From: Macrostomum lignano
Taxonomy: Eukaryota
Direction of reading: 5' to 3'
NCBI GenBank assembly: GCA_002269645.1
Contig: NIVC01000713.1
Coordinates: 248,001-312,000 of the forward strand
DNA: 64,000 nt
Numbering within the stretch: position 1 is the stretch's first letter; every line of letters begins with the position of its first letter. Below are positions 58,478 through 64,000 of the stretch, in pieces. A model generated the notes under the pieces. That model was not told the origin of the DNA and ran no database searches. It worked only from the letters and a program-made list of their open reading frames with translations. A program made the translations under genes and the position numbers.

Positions 58478-58900
58478 AACTAGACAAGCCGCTTAGCACA
58501 TTTGCGCGTAAGCTACTTTCAGTTCAGTAGTAAGTTAAACAGAAGCATTTTAATGCATTTTAAAGCCAAGGCTCATTTATTGGCTCTTACCCTCAGCTTA
58601 AACCCTCGGAACGCGCCTTTCTACACTACCCCCCCCCGCCCCGCCTCAATTTTATTGCCTTTCTCAGAATTCCAACCTAAAGCTGCCATGTACATTTCAG
58701 TGGACTGGCTAATGTACATTACTGCTGAACCAATTAGCAAGTTGTTTACGCCTTCAAGCTTGGGCTTCTAAACTTATCAAAGTCATTTCAGCCGCCTTTA
58801 CTATTATAAAATAGCTTATGTATTCTTCTTTGCTACTGAACTGGAAGTACAATAGAAAGCTGTTTTACTAAGTATATATGCCTGAGTGGCCCGTCTAGTT
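58478..58900 (+). mobile_element. ~423-bp TIR element (MITE-like), copy 2
   Basis: Ends aactagacaagccgcttag / ctgagtggcccgtctagtt; the right end is the reverse complement of the copy-1 left end. Confidence 0.7.
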
Positions 58901-59079
58901 ATTATTTTACTATCTGTGGTCCAAGCCTTCTCTCTTTCATTATAATAAAAAAACTGTCAGATTAGAGTAAACATAGCAGAAAATGCCGACTTGTACTACT
59001 AGTAGCAGTAATTCATGCGTATGAGCTGCACAGGTGAAAATCTATTAATCAAATAGATTTCTCCCCCTTTATGCGATTC

Positions 59080-59285
59080 TGTGAGACTAAAGGGGGTTTA
59101 TTGGCGATTCTGTGAGGCTAAGTAGGGTTTAAGGAAATTTCGTGAGGCTAAGTAGGGTTTAAGGAGATTGTGAGGCTAAGTAGGGTTTAAGGAGATTGTG
59201 AGGCTAAGTAGGGTTTAAGGAGATTCTGTGAGGCTATGAAGGGTTTAAGGAGATTCTGTGAGGCTAAGAAGGGTTTATTGGTGGT
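59080..59285. repeat. ~28-30-bp minisatellite (gtgaggctaagtagggtttaaggagatt)
   Basis: Tandem copies. Confidence 0.85.
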
Positions 59286-59699
59286 TCACAGAAAAAGGGT
59301 TAACTGGAATTAAGCTGAAAGCAAAAATCATAAGTAAATAAAAATTTCGGGTTTATCTTCCAAAACAAAAAGCATTGTCTGCATAATAACTAAAATAAAA
59401 GGAAAACGCTTAACATAGGCTCATCTGGAGCTGACAAGTAGTATATCTTGCAACTTAATAAAATTCGCGCGAGACAAATTAAAAGAATTTAACTACGCTC
59501 AACTAAACTAATGGAATATAAAAAAATTTCCAAAAAAGCATTCAGCTGTATTAGCGGCAGGACTAGATAATGGGACAGAGCAAAGAACTGTGCAGCTTAA
59601 TTTAACTCATTTTAACACTGCGTTAAGAGAGACTCACAGCCTTCACTGGGCTATATTATTCCAAATCTATGAGTATAAGGACATACCGTTGCAATCTCA

Positions 59700-60240
59700 G
59701 CAATTTTTCAGTGGGCCATCAACCCCAACCCATCTAGGGTTATTATCGATTTTTGAGTGGCCACAAACTTCCAACCCATCTAGAAGGGTTATTATCGATT
59801 TTTAAGTGGGCCACCAACCCCCTAACCTATCTAGGGTTATTATTGATTTCCTGTGGGCCACAACCCCCCTAATCCATCTAGGGTTATATTGATTTTCCAG
59901 TGGGCCACGAACCCCCCTAACCCATTCAGGGTTATTATCGATTTTCCTGTGGGCCTTCTGGGCTACCAACTTCAAACCCACTTAGGGTCCTTATCGATTG
60001 TTAGTGGGCCATCAACCCCCTAGTTAATCTAGGGTATTATCGATTTTCCAGTGAGCCACCGACTCCCCGCTAACCCATCTAGGGTTATTATCGATTTTCC
60101 CGCGGGCAACCAATCCCTAAACATCTAGGGTTATTATCGATTTTCCCGCGGGCAACCAATCCCTAAACATCTAGGGTTATCAATTTTCCAGTCAGCCAAC
60201 AGCCTCCTAAATCATGTAGGGTTATTATCGATTTTCGAAT
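59700..60240. repeat. ~45-50-bp minisatellite (ctagggttattatcgattttccagtgggccaccaacc)
   Basis: About ten degenerate copies. Confidence 0.85.
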
Positions 60241-60786
60241 CTGCTGAGACTTGAAAGTTGCCGGTTTTAACATCCAAAGTAGTTGCGTTGAGTTAGGCTC
60301 GCAGATTAAAAGGCGCCCAACCTTGTTTTAAAAAGAAAATTAAACAAGAAAACGAAAAAAGTGAAACGCATATTAACTATAATTATGCTATCATTTATTT
60401 TCAAAATGTTTTGTACGATAAAAGCGATAAATATGAGGCAACAACAACAATTAAGCTAAGCGGGATACCGAAACATAGCATTATCATTTTACGATGTTAA
60501 GTACGGCATGTACTAGAGAAAAAAAGCAGAATTCGACTTTTGCTATTACTTCTCAGTGTGTAATAACAAAACAAGCATCAAAGCGAGAACTGCATTCCAT
60601 TCTATTTAGCTAAAATAAATCCTTAGCCAGGCGGCAGAATTTGAAGATCAGAGCATCAGCAGAATCACATGTTCATTATTTCGTCATCATCGTCGTCCTG
60701 AATTAAGTTATTGATTGAAAATATGTCAAAATATGATTATTAAAAATGTAAATAAAACTACTAATGACAGAAAGAATTCTACTAAC

Positions 60787-63700
60787 CTCGTTCATGATGT
60801 AGCGACGGTGGGAAGATGAAGCGTAGAGATGGGAGCTCCGGGAGTTGGAGGGCACATTGCTGCAAACAAGTGGGCAAGGATTAGGCAATGATTAGGCAAT
60901 GTTAGTACTGAATGCCACGGTTACTAAAATGCTAAATAAGAACTGCATAAATCAAAATAAAACTTTTTTGTTACGACTTGGCATGTCTTGGGTTCACCTC
61001 ACAGCGTCAAACATTACTTGTCATTAAACAGCCATTTCTCTTTTCCCACGCTCGACGTCAGGAACAATTCTGATCGCGCCAGGCACTCCGCACCTGAGGG
61101 CCTATCGCCATCTAATTGACCCTAGCAACTACCCGACTTGCAACTGGACACCCAGGAGCACCGGCCGTGCGCTGCCCTGCCCTCCGTAACATTCGTATCC
61201 GGTTCTCGACGACAAAATCGTAGCATCAATCCTCTCCTCGACTGACCCGACAAAGGCAGCGGCGCTGAAGATGGTGGAGCTTCTAGTCCTCTCAGCGCCT
61301 GATCAGCAGAAACAACAACAGAAACAACAGCAACAACAACAACAACAGCAACAACAACAACAGAAACAACAACAGCAGCAACAACAGCAGCAGCAACAAT
61401 AACAGAAACAACAGCAACAACAACAACAGCAACATGGAAGGCAGGATGGAGTGGAAGCACGAGAGGGCGAAGGAAATCTACGCGAAGAAGCAGCCGGACT
61501 GGCGGAAGGAAGGAAAGTGGTACAGAGCGGCCAGGCGCGATTTTGCCAGGTTCAGGACCGGACACCACACGGAGCTGGCGGAGTATGGTGCTCGGATTGG
61601 AGCCAGGGAGAGTGGAACGTGCCGGCTGTGCAATCTCGAGGAGGAAGGCACGGAACACGTACTGTTGAAGTGCCCAGTGATGGACAACATCAGGAGGAAG
61701 ACCGGCATCACGGAGATGGGTGACTTATGCGCCATGCCCGAAGAATGCCGGGCCCTTTGGAACGAGTTCCGAGAACGGGTTAGACTGAAGAGAGAGTAGG
61801 ACCGTGGTACGGCAACGCCAACAACAACAACAACAGGCCCTATCCGGCGCCGCGTCTTTGTCGCGGGGGGGAGGCAACGCCCGTTCTTCGGGCGGCGAAG
61901 AGCGCCGGGAATCGGTCACCGCTCCTGGCTCAGGGGCGGTGGATGTGGCTCGGTCCGGCCCTCTGTGCTCAGCCTTTGTCGCTGGCTCTGTCAGCGGTAG
62001 GGGTTTGGTACCTGGTCCGGTTATTCCGAGCTCGGTCCGCAGTCAACAACAACAACAACAACAGCAACAACAACAACAGAAACAACAACAACAACAGAAA
62101 CAACAGCAACAACAACAGAAACAACAGAAACAACAACAGAAACAACAGCAGCAACAACAACAACAACAGCAACAACAGCAACAACAATAGCAGAAAGCAC
62201 AACAACAGCAACAACGCCAGTACAGCAGGCTGTCACCTGTAATTCCCCGGCCGGTCAATGGCATCCCCAGACTCCTCAGTCTTGCTGCTGCCGCTCAATC
62301 CAAAATCGCCCAGATTGAAGCCGGAGCCCCAGAAGCTGTCGTCGGCCCCGTCAGCAGCCGCGCCAGCAGCAGCACAGGCAGCCGATCCCGCAGGCGTCGT
62401 AGCAACCGAAGCCGTGGTCTCCGACGAATTGGAAGCCGTGGAGGCGGTGGACAGTCGCTGCGAGCAGACGCTGCCGGCGGTTCGCACGTCGCCAAAGTTC
62501 ACCGACTTCAGAGCGGCCGATGCGGATGACGCCTTGCCGGCCGCTGCCGTGCCTGCAGGAATGGAAGATGCTGAAATCTCAATCTCATCCTCTAAAAATG
62601 AGAATCTGTCTTTGAATAACAATCTAAGAATCTCATCAGTCAATCTCAGACTCCTACCAGTCAATTTCAGAATCTCACCAGTCAATCTCAGACTCCTACC
62701 AGTCAATCTCAGAATCTCACCAGTCAATCTCAGAATCTCACCAGTCAATCTCAGAATCTCACCAGTCAATCTAAGAATCTCACCAGTCAATCTCAGACTC
62801 CTACCAGTCAATTTCAGAATCTCACCAGTCAATCTCAGACTCCTACCAGTCAATCTCAGACTCCTACCAGTCGATCTAAGAATCTCACCAGTCAATCTAA
62901 GACTCTCACCAGTCAATCTCAGACGCTCACTAGTCAATCTAAGAATCTCATCAGTAAATCTCATAGTTTCACCATTTAATCTCAGAATCTCACCGGTAAA
63001 TCTCAGAATCTCTCCGGTCAATCTCAGAATTTCACCGATCAATCTTAGAATCTCACTACTTAATCTTAGAATCACATCAGTAAATCTCCGAATCTTACCA
63101 CTCAATCTCAGAATTTCACCACTCAATCTCAGAATTTCACCACTCAATCTCAGAATTTCACCACTCAATCTCAGAATTTCACCACTCAATCTCAGAATTT
63201 CACCACTCAATCTCAGAATTTCACCACTCAATCTCAGAATTTCACCACTCAATCTCAGAATTTCACCACTCAATCTCAGAATTTCACCACTCAATCTCAG
63301 AATTTCACCACTCAATCTCAGAATTTCACCACTCAATCTCAGAATTTCACCACTCAATCTCAGAATTTCACCACTCAATCTCAGAATTTCACCACTCAAT
63401 CTCAGAATCTCATCAGTAAATCTCATAGTTTCACAAGTCAATCTCAGAATCTCCCCAGTCAATCTCAGAATCTCCCCAGTCAATCTCGGAATCTCACCCC
63501 TCTCATTCCCGAGACAGTCATCAGTTAACAATGGGATCAAAACCGCACCTGTGGGCGCCGGGGCCCTGAACACCTGGTTGCCACGCAGAGCTCTCAGCGT
63601 GGTGTGCCCAGTCGCGGCTCCGATTGTAGCGACACCGGCTGGCGGCTCGCCGCCGACACCGCTGGCCACGGTGCTGATGCTGGAGTTGGACGAGGACTGC

Positions 63701-64000
63701 AGACCGATAGGGCCGGAGATCAGCAGCGGCTTGGAGATGCCAGCGGCGCCTGCGGCAGAGTCAGCCGATGCCGCAGCAGCAGCCGCCGCCTTCGATCTGC
63801 GACCGGACGCAAAGCTGAGAAACGAACTCCTTGACGACCGTCGGGGACTTCCAGAGGAAGCTGGAGCGGCAGCAGCAGCCGCCGATGTCGCTTCACCTGG
63901 AAGGGTCCTGGCTTTGCTCAAGCCGCTATCGCTGCTGCCCTGCGAGTTCAGGGATTGGTTGCTGCGTTTCTGCTGCTGCTGCTGCTGCTGCTGCTGTTGT
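60787..64000 (-). CDS. Unidentified Ser/Ala-rich multi-exon gene, partial (exons 63549 to beyond 63921, 62237-62570, probably 60787-60859)
   Basis: GC-rich coding-like exons joined by a phase-1 intron (62571-63548) and a phase-2 intron; the last visible exon ends SHRRYIMNE|gt. Confidence 0.55.
61305..61432. repeat. CAA/CAG microsatellite
   Basis: Direct. Confidence 0.9.
61434..61835 (+). mobile_element. 3' end of a non-LTR retrotransposon (C-terminal CCHC region) with (CAA)n tail
   Basis: ARFRTGH...CRLCNLEEEGTEHVLLKCP, stop, then caacaacaac. Confidence 0.8.
62043..62215. repeat. CAA/CAG microsatellite
   Basis: Direct. Confidence 0.9.
62575..63500. repeat. 21-bp minisatellite (gaatttcaccactcaatctca) filling a predicted intron
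   Basis: Perfect 21-bp period at 63100-63400. Confidence 0.9.

Noticed and set aside
61122-62264. Poly-Q, N, L, V and C ORFs
   Set aside because: Microsatellite translations.

Overview
Eukaryotic (animal) genomic DNA. GC-rich exons, minisatellite-filled introns and CAG/CAA runs suggest a free-living flatworm such as Macrostomum; this is inference only. The main content is a tandem array of three diverged paralogous units. Each splices, through GT-AG introns of conserved phase, into an ankyrin-repeat protein with a C-terminal caspase (peptidase C14) domain. A twin-SH3 exon and a further ankyrin exon lie upstream in copies 2 and 3. Copy 3 (39858-47989) looks intact. Copy 1 has four 1-nt indels. 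Copy 2 is broken by a Gypsy element, and its 3' half follows an orphan Src-family exon that is phase-compatible with it. Copies 2 and 3 are each preceded by a secreted PAN-like + recognition-domain gene (F-type lectin or fibrinogen-related). Mobile DNA includes a Gypsy element with an unexpected cold-shock domain in Gag, a near-complete Ngaro-type tyrosine-recombinase retrotransposon, Penelope relics, a LINE 3' end, tRNA-derived SINEs, MITEs and a solo LTR. The right end holds an intact 5-exon ABCB10 (minus strand) and part of an unidentified gene. The 10-mer TACGAGCGTA occurs 10 times in non-coding DNA.
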